From Armatimonadota bacterium (GTDB lineage Bacteria; Armatimonadota; Armatimonadia; Armatimonadales; Armatimonadaceae), in contig JAYUUO010000043.1 of the NCBI GenBank assembly GCA_043754515.1, forward strand, positions 1 to 16,875: a DNA stretch of 16,875 nucleotides, in the 5' to 3' direction. The notes under the pieces are model-generated. The model searched no databases, was not told the DNA's origin, and worked only from the letters and a program-made list of their open reading frames with translations. The translations under genes were made by a program, and so were the position numbers. Shown here one piece after another: positions 1 to 7,972 of the stretch (within the stretch, counting starts at the first letter, position 1; each line of letters opens with the position of its first letter).

Positions 1-96
1 ATCCTACTTTACCAAGGGTCCGCGGGTGCTTCAAGCCGTGACAAATCACGCCGCTACCGAGCATCCAGTGGTGCTTCAAACGGTAGCAACTTGAGT

Positions 97-175
97 TAAA
101 TATCCTTGTCACGGGCGAGACCGCGCGCGCATGCGTTGAGCGCACGCGCGGTCCCGCCCGTGACAAGGATATTTA
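97..175. repeat. 79-bp near-perfect palindrome (31-bp arms, 1 mismatch); REP/MITE-like element or terminator hairpin
   Basis: TAAATATCCTTGTCACGGGCGAGACCGCGCG (97-127) is the reverse complement of 145-175 except at one position. The right arm contains the TAA stop of the PA14 ORF. Confidence 0.85.
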
Positions 176-1088
176 TTGGGGCAGGGTGCATTCCTCGGGG
201 ATGACCTGCTTCGCCTGGTTCTGACTTGACCACATCAGTTTACAGGAGGCGGCTCCCGTGCTCTGATAATACTCGAGTTTGATCGGGTACTTGACCCCGG
301 CTTGCAAATTCACCGTCACCGTCCGGTACTCCGTCGCAACCGGTACGTTCGCCCATTTGTTGATGAGCTGCTGGTTGTTCACCCAGAGCCGCACGCCGTC
401 ATGTGCCTTGACGTAGAACGTATAAGGCTGTGAGTAGCGCGGGATGATGTAGCCCGTCCAGCGCGCGCTGAACGTGTCGGGAGCCATCACCTTCGGGATC
501 GGCGAACTGTTCCGCCAGTTCCAATCCACCTGCCTTTCGCGGCGCGTGTAGCTCGCGTCGGTGAAGTCCGGGTTGTCGAAGCAGGTAGCGGTGAGACACT
601 GCGACGCCCACTCGAACTCCTCCCAGATGCCGACGCTACCCGCTAAGGAGGCGACGAGACGGTTCCCGCCGCCGGCGTTCAGGTTCGCCGACACGTACTT
701 GCCCGTGATATTGGACTTGAGCGCGACCTTGCTCCCGCCGCGCCCTTCCCAGGTAAACTTCTCCCAGTCCCCGATGCCGGTAGACCATCCCGCCCGCAGT
801 ATCTTGTCGTCGCATGTTATCCACGGACACGTAAAGATTCCGGTTCACGCTGAAAAGCGCGATCGGGCCGTTCTTCGCGTCGTCCACGCGATACCACTCC
901 CAGGTGCCGACGTTGGTGGAGAATGCCGCCCGGAGCGGGTTCAGCCTCGACCCAGCGTCGTTCTCGTCGGTGGAGACATAGTATCCGGCGGGTGTCGAGT
1001 GGAGCGAAATGGTGCTCCCTATGGGCGTGGTAGCGGGGCTAACCGTGCCTCCCGACACGACGTAAAGGCTCTTAAAGATCTTGCCCAT
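173..1088 (-). pseudogene. Fascin-like beta-trefoil plus C-terminal PA14 domain protein, split by a frameshift near 812-815
   Basis: ORF 636..1088 reads ...VGTWEWYRVDDAKNGPIALFSVNRNLYVSVDN. A shifted frame continues DDKILRAGWSTGIGDWEKFTWEGRGGSKVALKSNITGKYVSANLNAGG...VGIWEEFEW (fascin-type WE.F...VAL.S..G.YVS repeats) into ORF 173..694, which has PA14 hallmarks (DTFSARWTGYI, YTFYVKAHDGVRLWVNNQQLI, YPIKLEYYQ, KLMWS). A sequencing error is possible. Confidence 0.8.
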
Positions 1089-1269
1089 GTCCCGCCGCCA
1101 TGCTCCGCTGAAGTTCTAGTTGGAGCCGTATGTGTTAATCAGACGATCATGCGCGAACTGATCCATACACAAGGGATTCACGGGCGCGCAAGTTTTCGCG
1201 CGTGCGTCGTGACTTTGCCCTATCAGCCCCGCGCCGGGTTCGCCCGCGCCCTCGCGCGGGATATGTCCG

Positions 1270-4200
1270 TCACGGTTCGTCGCCCGGCTCACAGACCAGA
1301 AGGTAAGCGCAGTCCGCGCAGTCGCCCGCCTCCTCCGGCACGGCGGGGAACATGTTCAGCCGGATGCCGCGCAAAGCACCGTTATAGCGCGCGAGGTGAC
1401 TTTCGCGGGCGCGGCGCGTGCTGGGATGCCGCGCGGGTTCGAGCGCGCGTTCCTCGCCCGTCCGGACGTGACGCACGCGCACCGGGGTGCCATCCGGCAC
1501 GGCGGAGAAGAGGAGCGTGTTAATGGCGTCCCGGCGGCCCGTCTCCGCGGATCCGGCGAACGAGAACCGCTCCACGGTGCCGTCGGGCGCGACGTGATCC
1601 GCCGCGATTTCCACCGCTCCTTCCGCGAGTTCGACCCGGTAGCGCGTCGCCTCCGGCACGGCGGTGACGTCCTCCATGTTCCGCATCACCGCTTCCCATT
1701 CGTGCCGGTATGCGTCCCGCCAAGGGTTGCCCTCGGCGAGAGATAGGTCGCGCCAGGCGTCCGCGAATGGCACGCCGCGTCGGTCGCGGAGCGCGGCGCG
1801 GAACGCCTTCTTGAGCGCGTCGTAGGCGGTGCGTTCCCGCGTGTCCCCGTAGCCGCGCCGCGTCTCGAAATAGTAGCGGCGGGGGCAACGCAGGTACTGC
1901 TCTAGTTCCCGCGCGTGTACCGGGGGTAAGGACTCCGACTCCGAGTCCCCGTCGTCCCGATGATCGTCGCGCGGAAGACCGCCCGGCTCTCGGAGGCGCG
2001 GCGTGGGAACCGTACCCGACGACATGTCGGGCGCGGACCGCGACGGTGCCGCGTCGGAAACCGCGTCCGACACCCACCGCGCGTGAACCACTTCGGGTAT
2101 CGCGCCGAGCGGGGCAATCAGCGGGGAGGGTTGCGCCGAGCGACCGTCATACCGTTCGGCGAGCGACAGGAATAGGCGGTCACGGGCGCGGGTCATGGCG
2201 ACGAACAGCAGGCGAGACTCTTCCTCGTCGTCTCCGGCATCTGTCCCGAGGAGCGAGCGTGCGTCCCCGTCGTCAACCACGGCGGGGCGTGAGCGCGGGG
2301 GGAACCGCCCCTGCGAAAGGTTGGGAACGAACACGACCGGGAACTCCAACCCCTTCGCCGCGTGAATGGTCATCACCCACACCGCATCCTGCTCTGGTCC
2401 GGCGTTGTCGGCGTCGCCACGGTTCGGGTCGGTGCCGAGCCGCCCAACGCGCCGGACATGGCGCAGGAACGCCGTGTTAGGAGCCTCGCCCGCGCCCGTT
2501 AACACGTCCGACTGCTCGCCGAAGTTCCGCGCGAGGGTGAGCAGTGTCCGAACCGCGCGGGGATCGCCCGCGCCGCGCGCCAGCCCGACGTCTCCGTACA
2601 GGGCGGCGTCCAGGAACACGGTCGGCGTGCTTTTCGTGGCGAGGGAGGGCGGTAGTATGCGGCCCACGCGGTCGGCGAGCGCGGCTGACGCGCCGCGCGT
2701 TAGCGACATAAGGAGCAAAAGTTCGCGCACGGTCGCGTCGCGTAGCCACGCCAGTGGGGCGGGTGCGCCCGACACCGGAACGCCGCGCCCGGTCAGCGCG
2801 GCGCGGATCGCGGCCGCCTGCGGGTTCGTGCGGCAGAGGACGGCGAAATCGGCCCACCGGGCGTACGGTTCGTCTCGCCGGAGCGCGAGAATCTCCCGCG
2901 CGATCCCGCCTTCCTGCGCCGTCTCGTCCGCCGCAAGGGCGAGCGTGACGCGCGGCACTACCGGGCCGTTTTCGCGGTTGGCCTGCCAGAGCGCGGCGTC
3001 ACCGCCCGCCATACGCCCGAAGCACGCGACGAGTGGCGGGAGTGACCGATAGTTTACGGCGAGGTCGCGCCGGACGCCGTTCGGAAAGTCGGACATGAAG
3101 CGCGTCACGTTCGCCGGGGACGCGCCCCGAAACCGGTAGATGGCCTGCCGCAGATCGCCGACGCACCAGACGCCCGTGCCGTGTCCGCCGAGCAGTCGTA
3201 CTAGTCTCGCCCCGGCGCGGTTCACGTCCTGGTACTCGTCTACCAGTATATGACGCCAGTGCTCCCGCTCCTTCCCCCGCGCGACGTCGTTCTCCTCCAG
3301 TAGCGTCACGGCGCGGCAGACCAGATCCGCCGAATCCAGCGCGCCTTTCTCGCGGAGAGTCTGCTCGTAGCGGGTGTAGATGGCGGCGACCGCGATCTGT
3401 TTCGGGTCGCCGGTCGCCGCCGCCCGTGCGCTCGCTTCGGCAGGCGTTACCATCTCCTCTTTCAACCGCCCGATGAGTCGCAAGCAGTCGCGTAGTGGGT
3501 AGGTAGGTTCGTGTGGGAACCAAAGTGACCCGCCGACATAGCCCGCGATTCGGTCTTCCATCAGGGCGAACGACTCGGCGTCCGACAGCAGGGCCGGGCG
3601 CGGGGGCAGTTCCGCGAACCGGTGGTAACGGCGGAGCAAGTCCAGGCCGAACGCGTGAAAGGTACAGACGGTCACCCGCGAAGCGACGCTCGCGGGCAGG
3701 TAGCGGTGCATCCGCTCGCGTAGCTCCGCCGTAGCCTTGCGGCTGAAAGTCAGGCAGAGGATTTCCTCGGGTGCCGCGCCGGTTTCGAGGAGATGCTGAA
3801 CGCGGGCGACCAACGCGCGGGTCTTGCCAGTGCCGGGGCCGGCCCCTAGCAGGAGCGGGCCACGGAGAATCTCGGCGGCGGCACGCTGAGAATCATCGAG
3901 CGTGAGCGGATCTGGGGGTGCCGCTTCGGGGGCAGGGTCCGGCTCTACCGCCGCCGTTTGTAGTTGCCGGAACACCACGGACGGCGGGACCCCGAACCGA
4001 TCCGCGATCTCGAACGCGGACTGTCCGGCTTCGTGAAAGGCATGGCGCGCCGCGCGGGCGGGGAGAAGGAGTTCGCGGGCGAAGGCGTTCGCCTCGGTCT
4101 CACGCCGCTCGCGGGGTCCGTAGCCGACCAGAAACGCCTCGTCCGGCGCGTCGCTCTCGCCCGACCCTTCGTACTCGGCGGAGGCGACGTAATGGGGATG

Positions 4201-4476
4201 CAGATGAAAGTGGGCCAGTTCGTGCGCGATCAGAACGGCGCGGCGGGCGGGGGACAGGTCATCGCGTACATAAATCGCGTCGGAATCGCGATCCAGAACG
4301 GCGTGCGCCCCCGAAAGTAGAGAGTCACTTGGGGAGCGCGGGAAGATACCCAGTCCGGCGTTCGCGAGCGCGGCGGCGACAACCGCGTCCGTGCCGACGA
4401 CATCCCCTGCGTCCCCCGTCAGTCGGGCGCGGAGAACGGTCGCCGCCCGCCGCGCCTGTGTCCATATGTCGCTCAT
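1270..4476 (-). CDS. Fusion: ImmA/IrrE-type Zn metallopeptidase + UvrD/PcrA SF1 helicase + C-terminal PD-(D/E)xK-like (Cas4/AddB-type 4-Cys) domain
   Basis: HELAH (aa85-89), ETEANAFARELLLP and an HTH-like EIADRFGVP. Helicase motifs AGPGTGKT, VDEYQD, VGDLRQAIYRFRGA, NYRS, TIHAAKGLEF, EESRLLFVAMTRA. C-terminal LEQYLRCPRRY...CADCAYLLVC. GGAGG RBS upstream of the ATG. Confidence 0.92.
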   Translation of the reverse strand: MSDIWTQARRAATVLRARLTGDAGDVVGTDAVVAAALANAGLGIFPRSPSDSLLSGAHAVLDRDSDAIYVRDDLSPARRAVLIAHELAHFHLHPHYVASAEYEGSGESDAPDEAFLVGYGPRERRETEANAFARELLLPARAARHAFHEAGQSAFEIADRFGVPPSVVFRQLQTAAVEPDPAPEAAPPDPLTLDDSQRAAAEILRGPLLLGAGPGTGKTRALVARVQHLLETGAAPEEILCLTFSRKATAELRERMHRYLPASVASRVTVCTFHAFGLDLLRRYHRFAELPPRPALLSDAESFALMEDRIAGYVGGSLWFPHEPTYPLRDCLRLIGRLKEEMVTPAEASARAAATGDPKQIAVAAIYTRYEQTLREKGALDSADLVCRAVTLLEENDVARGKEREHWRHILVDEYQDVNRAGARLVRLLGGHGTGVWCVGDLRQAIYRFRGASPANVTRFMSDFPNGVRRDLAVNYRSLPPLVACFGRMAGGDAALWQANRENGPVVPRVTLALAADETAQEGGIAREILALRRDEPYARWADFAVLCRTNPQAAAIRAALTGRGVPVSGAPAPLAWLRDATVRELLLLMSLTRGASAALADRVGRILPPSLATKSTPTVFLDAALYGDVGLARGAGDPRAVRTLLTLARNFGEQSDVLTGAGEAPNTAFLRHVRRVGRLGTDPNRGDADNAGPEQDAVWVMTIHAAKGLEFPVVFVPNLSQGRFPPRSRPAVVDDGDARSLLGTDAGDDEEESRLLFVAMTRARDRLFLSLAERYDGRSAQPSPLIAPLGAIPEVVHARWVSDAVSDAAPSRSAPDMSSGTVPTPRLREPGGLPRDDHRDDGDSESESLPPVHARELEQYLRCPRRYYFETRRGYGDTRERTAYDALKKAFRAALRDRRGVPFADAWRDLSLAEGNPWRDAYRHEWEAVMRNMEDVTAVPEATRYRVELAEGAVEIAADHVAPDGTVERFSFAGSAETGRRDAINTLLFSAVPDGTPVRVRHVRTGEERALEPARHPSTRRARESHLARYNGALRGIRLNMFPAVPEEAGDCADCAYLLVCEPGDEP

Positions 4477-4618
4477 CGTAATTCCTCCGAATACGTAATC
4501 ACGGGGCGGGGCTTGAACCGGAAAATCACGTGACTATTTTACCGGCAATTTCGTCACGCGGGGACGCGCGGCGTGGTTGCTGATTCGGCGCGTGTTCGCG
4601 TTAGACCCCGTTTTTTTC

Positions 4619-4647
4619 TTGACACCGCCTTTCCCAGCCGGTATACT
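4619..4647 (+). promoter_or_regulatory. sigma70-type promoter of rpsL-rpsG
   Basis: TTGACA (4619-4624), 17-bp spacer, TATACT (4642-4647), preceded by a T-tract. Confidence 0.85.
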
Positions 4648-4694
4648 CCCGAGGTTACGCAGTAGGTCGTGCGGAGGTATTCCTTACCCTTCCG

Positions 4695-4791
4695 GCTTGC
4701 GTGTGCGGGACGAGACCGGACGACGCCACATTCGCGGCGTCGCTTAGCGGCAGTGTCCCGGCGGAGCTGGGAATCGTCCCCGCCCGCGAGC
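4695..4791 (+). promoter_or_regulatory. Structured 5' leader of rpsL (three-way junction); candidate ribosomal-protein leader
   Basis: Closing helices GCTTGCG 4695-4701/CGCGAGC 4785-4791 and GGGACGA 4707-4713/TCGTCCC 4774-4780. Internal hairpins CGACGCC/GGCGTCG (4721-4742) and TCCCGGC/GCTGGGA (4756-4772). Confidence 0.5.
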
Positions 4792-4821
4792 GACCAGAGC
4801 AAACGAAAAGAAAGAGTAAGA

Positions 4822-5235
4822 ATGCCGACAATCAGCCAGTTGGTGCGCAAAGGGCGCGACCAGGTGCGAAAGAAATCGAAATCGCCCGCCCTCAAGGGCA
4901 ACCCGCAGAAGCGGGGCGTCTGCCTCATCGTCCGAACCATGACCCCGAAGAAACCAAACTCGGCTCTGCGCAAGACCGCCCGTGTCCGCCTCGCCGGGTC
5001 CGGGTTGGAGGTCACTGCATACATCCCGGGTATCGGACATAACCTGCAAGAACACAGCGTGGTCATGATCCGCGGCGGCCGCGTTAAGGACCTGCCGGGC
5101 GTCCGCTACCACATCGTCCGTGGTGCCCTCGATACCGCCGCTACCAAGAACCGCATGTCGTCGCGCTCGAAGTACGGGACCAAGAAGCCGAAGCCGGGCG
5201 CGCCCGCCGCGCCTGTCAAGGGCGGGAAGAAGTAA
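4822..5235 (+). CDS. rpsL: 30S ribosomal protein S12
   Basis: [12 protein letters not shown]...[10 protein letters not shown]...GHNLQEHS...[12 protein letters not shown]. The real start is ATG 4822; the ORF-track extension to 4669 is leader. Confidence 0.99.
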   Translation: MPTISQLVRKGRDQVRKKSKSPALKGNPQKRGVCLIVRTMTPKKPNSALRKTARVRLAGSGLEVTAYIPGIGHNLQEHSVVMIRGGRVKDLPGVRYHIVRGALDTAATKNRMSSRSKYGTKKPKPGAPAAPVKGGKK

Positions 5236-5247
5236 GGATACAAACAC

Positions 5248-5718
5248 ATGCCACGAAAAGGACCCGCCGAGAAGCGCGAAGTGCTTCCGGACCCGATTTA
5301 CGATAACCAACTCGTCACCCGGTTCATCAACCGGATGATGGTGGACGGCAAGAAAGCCGTCGCCGAGCGCATCTTCTACGGAGCGCTAACCAACGTCGAG
5401 ACGAAGACAGGCCGCCCCGGCATCGAGATATTCGACGAGGCACTACGCAAAGTGATGCCGGTCGTGGAAGTCAAGCCCCGCCGCGTCGGCGGCGCGACTT
5501 ACCAGGTGCCGACGGAAGTGCGGCCCGCGCGCCGCCAGGCACTCGGCATCCGCTGGCTGATCACGTACGCGCGCCGCCGCAACGGTCGCTCGATGACCGA
5601 CAAGCTGACGAACGAGATCCTGGACGCCGCGAATGGCACCGGGGGCGCGATCCGCAAGCGTGAAGAAGGCTTCAAGATGGCGGAAGCTAACAAGGCGTTC
5701 TCGCACTACCGGTTCTAG
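5248..5718 (+). CDS. rpsG: 30S ribosomal protein S7
   Basis: [10 protein letters not shown]...PDPIY...[11 protein letters not shown]...[21 protein letters not shown] overlaps the rpsL stop. Confidence 0.99.
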   Translation: MPRKGPAEKREVLPDPIYDNQLVTRFINRMMVDGKKAVAERIFYGALTNVETKTGRPGIEIFDEALRKVMPVVEVKPRRVGGATYQVPTEVRPARRQALGIRWLITYARRRNGRSMTDKLTNEILDAANGTGGAIRKREEGFKMAEANKAFSHYRF

Positions 5719-5742
5719 TCCGCGTTCGGCAGTGTTAGAAAC

Positions 5743-5772
5743 AAGCCCCCCGCGAGTTCGCGGGGGGCTTAC
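5743..5772 (+). terminator. Probable terminator hairpin after rpsG
   Basis: AAGCCCCCCGCGA-GT-TCGCGGGGGGCTT perfect inverted repeat 24 nt after the stop; the U-tract is weak. Confidence 0.75.
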
Positions 5773-6579
5773 TCGTGTGCATGATGATAGGCGATGCCGA
5801 CCGGTCTGTCTACGGTTCGCTGTGGCAGACCAGCCCGGCCTTGCGTATATCTCCTGACTGTTTCGTCTAGTCGGTTGGGGGCGAGGCCGTAAGATGGCTT
5901 TCCGTCACTCCCCGCCGATGTCGCTACTCAGAACAACATGGTCGAAGTCCGATATATAGATGGGTATCGTCTGCGGTGTCAGGAGACGATCCAGTTTCTG
6001 TACAACTCCGCTACGGTAGCCTACTTGTGCTAACAAAGCACACCTTGAGGACCATCGCGCGAAACATCAATCGAGGTTTCCATTACGCATTAATAACCCC
6101 CTATCGGGTGGAGGCGTTGCGATCATAGAGATGAGCGCGGTGCTCCCACTCGAACCTCTGACAAGATGAAAAAGAACCTGTCAAACTTTACCGGTTGCGT
6201 ATCCCGGTCGGGTACCACTTACGCTGAGTCCGCGGCGATGTGAATGGTGCTAAGATCCGTGTGAAGAAGCCCATATGCCAAAGCCGAAAGAACAGAGCAG
6301 CCATCACGCCAATGGTTTGCCGCTCAGATGGGTAGTATACTGCGAACATCAATGAGCAACCCCCGGACGCCGTTGTCGAGTCGGCTAACTTGGTACATCC
6401 GCCAGTACCCGTCCCTGCTCCGCTCCAAGAGCTATTCTACATCCCGGCAATTACCACGAAAAAAATGACTGTGGTGCCCGTTATGAATCACCTCCTAGGT
6501 CAGGATCTAATCGCGGGGGTATCTTCGCGATCGCGATCGTGTATGACTGGTTGTTTGCCGGGTTTGGAAGGCGGGTTTC

Positions 6580-7326
6580 ATGCGGCCGGCACAGGGAGGC
6601 TTACCCCTTCTCCTTTACGTCATTTTCGGGAAGATGGGCGGACTGCCCGAAGTTAAGTGGGGTCGCTATGAGGATCGTGTGATCCATGTCAGAACCTCGC
6701 ATGTCCCCCGGTTCGAGCTGGATATGTCGCAGGGATCGTCGCTCTTTCAAACCTTCGGAGTTACCTATGACGAGTTCCGTGCCCGCGACGAAAAGGGGAA
6801 AATGCACCTCATTCGCCAGTATGCAAAGAAAAGGCTCAAAGAAGGTGAGCATTTGTGGTGGCTCGAAGATAGCCCGGAGCAGAATCATGGTATGGACATC
6901 AACCCGAGGTTGTATATGAATTTGTCCATGGAAGAGAAGCGGCGACTACGCGCGGAAGCTACTTTGCTTTGTCCGCAAGTATTGGCCGGGTCGCGCGTCA
7001 AAAACAAGTACAACGGGCCCGCGATTTTCTTGTTCACTTATCACGGCGTGCTTTGTCCCCAAACGCGTGACTTGTTCTCCGCTGGTAGTGTAGCAATGGC
7101 GACCGACGAGACACGTGGGGGTGTTTATGTGCAACGGGCAGTGATGGAAATCGAGCCGGAGATGCGGGAAGCCGCGCTACGAATGGACGACGCCCTGTTC
7201 GTCGAATACTGGGGTGAGTCCGTAGCACCGGAGTCACGTATAATCAGGTGGCTGTCTAAGGCGGATGAAATAGCCCAGGGATGGGTGCCGTCAGAGTCTC
7301 TGTTCCAGGACACGCACGTCAACTAG
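6580..7326 (+). pseudogene. Lower-GC ORF resembling the C-terminal part of a putative restriction-endonuclease family; probably 5'-truncated
   Basis: 248-aa ORF. The segment YVIFGKMGG.PEVKWGRYEDRVIHVRTSHVPRF...LWWLE...RDLFSAGSV resembles, from recall only, proteins annotated as restriction endonucleases. No PD-(D/E)xK core is visible upstream, there is no clear RBS and no methyltransferase is adjacent. Confidence 0.45.
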
Positions 7327-7353
7327 TCACGCGGCGTAGCAGGCGTCAAATCA

Positions 7354-7752
7354 TTACATAGCCGCATGAATCACCGGACGTCGCTCCGGGTCGCGCTCCG
7401 CGATGCGTAGCACCTCCCGCGTCACCGGCGCGACGTCGCCCTTACCCGACAGCAGGTACAGGAGCAGGAACAGGAATGGGTTGCCCTTGCTCCAGTGGAA
7501 GTAGGCGTGGGGCGTCTTTCCTGTTGCGTCGCGTAGGTATAAAAGTGTCGCCGCGATGCCGTTCGGGATAGCGGTCGCCTCTACACGCAGGATGTGATAG
7601 TTGTCTACCGACACACCACGCACGTGAATGTCGGCTTCAAAGTCGGATGCGTCGGGTATGTACACCTCCAAAAACAGGACTGGGACATCCGCCGCCAGAC
7701 CGTGGTCTTTGCGGATTTCCCGCTCCTCGCGGTCGTACTCACGAACGTTCGC
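7354..7752 (-). pseudogene. C-terminal cytoplasmic remnant of an APC-superfamily amino acid transporter
   Basis: REY...FLEVYIPDASDFE...IPNGIAATLLYLRDATGKTPHAYFHWSKGNP...GDVAPVTREVLRIAERDPERRPVIH resembles the conserved tail of this family; the transmembrane core is absent. Confidence 0.75.
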
Positions 7753-7972
7753 ACTCCCAACGCCGCCATCGGGGACGCTTCTCGTCGCGACAGACGGCCT
7801 GTTTAAATACGTGGACACCGAACGGATCGCCGTTTACGTGTCGTACGGCGCGGCGGATCTCGCCGCGACGGCGACCGTGCTCCGCGACCTCGCCCGCTCC
7901 TCGGAAGGGCGTTTACACGACGACTTGGCGGTGCTACTCTGTCGCGCGGGAACGGGCGCGGCTATGCCGTGA
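7748..7972 (+). pseudogene. C-terminal remnant of a PP2C/SpoIIE-type protein phosphatase
   Basis: GTLLVATDGLFKY and GRLHDDLAVLLCR are the last two metal-binding motifs; the N-terminal motifs are missing. Confidence 0.75.

Noticed and set aside
1..99. Repeated GGTGCTTCAA and a GCTACCG/CGGTAGC hairpin; possible ncRNA or CRISPR remnant
   Set aside because: Only two 10-bp copies at the window edge; two plus-strand frames are open here, so it is more likely the 3' end of a gene.
97..175. Integron attC site (also considered for 5786-5850)
   Set aside because: No properly placed RYYYAAC/GTTRRRY boxes, no array and no integrase in the window.
1165..1225. Possible c-di-GMP-I riboswitch upstream of the fascin/PA14 gene (GGGCAAA on the minus strand)
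   Set aside because: Lacks the GNRA-capped P2 stem and the GACGCAAAG core.
561..1523. 320-aa plus-strand ORF and the many other overlapping ORFs within 1270-4476, 8667-10490, 11532-12842 and 14732-15844
   Set aside because: Antisense or off-frame shadows of well-supported genes in GC-rich DNA; Arg/Pro-rich with no motifs.
4669..4821. 51-aa N-terminal extension of S12 in the ORF track
   Set aside because: S12 starts at the conserved MPT; the extension corresponds to the structured leader.
4940..5100. Streptomycin-resistance allele of rpsL
   Set aside because: PKKPNS and RVKDLPG are wild-type at the K42 and K87 equivalents.
5938..6033. Short ORF MVEVRYIDGYRLR..., reminiscent of a DUF2442 antitoxin N-terminus
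   Set aside because: Only about 12 residues of resemblance; cannot be distinguished from chance without a search.
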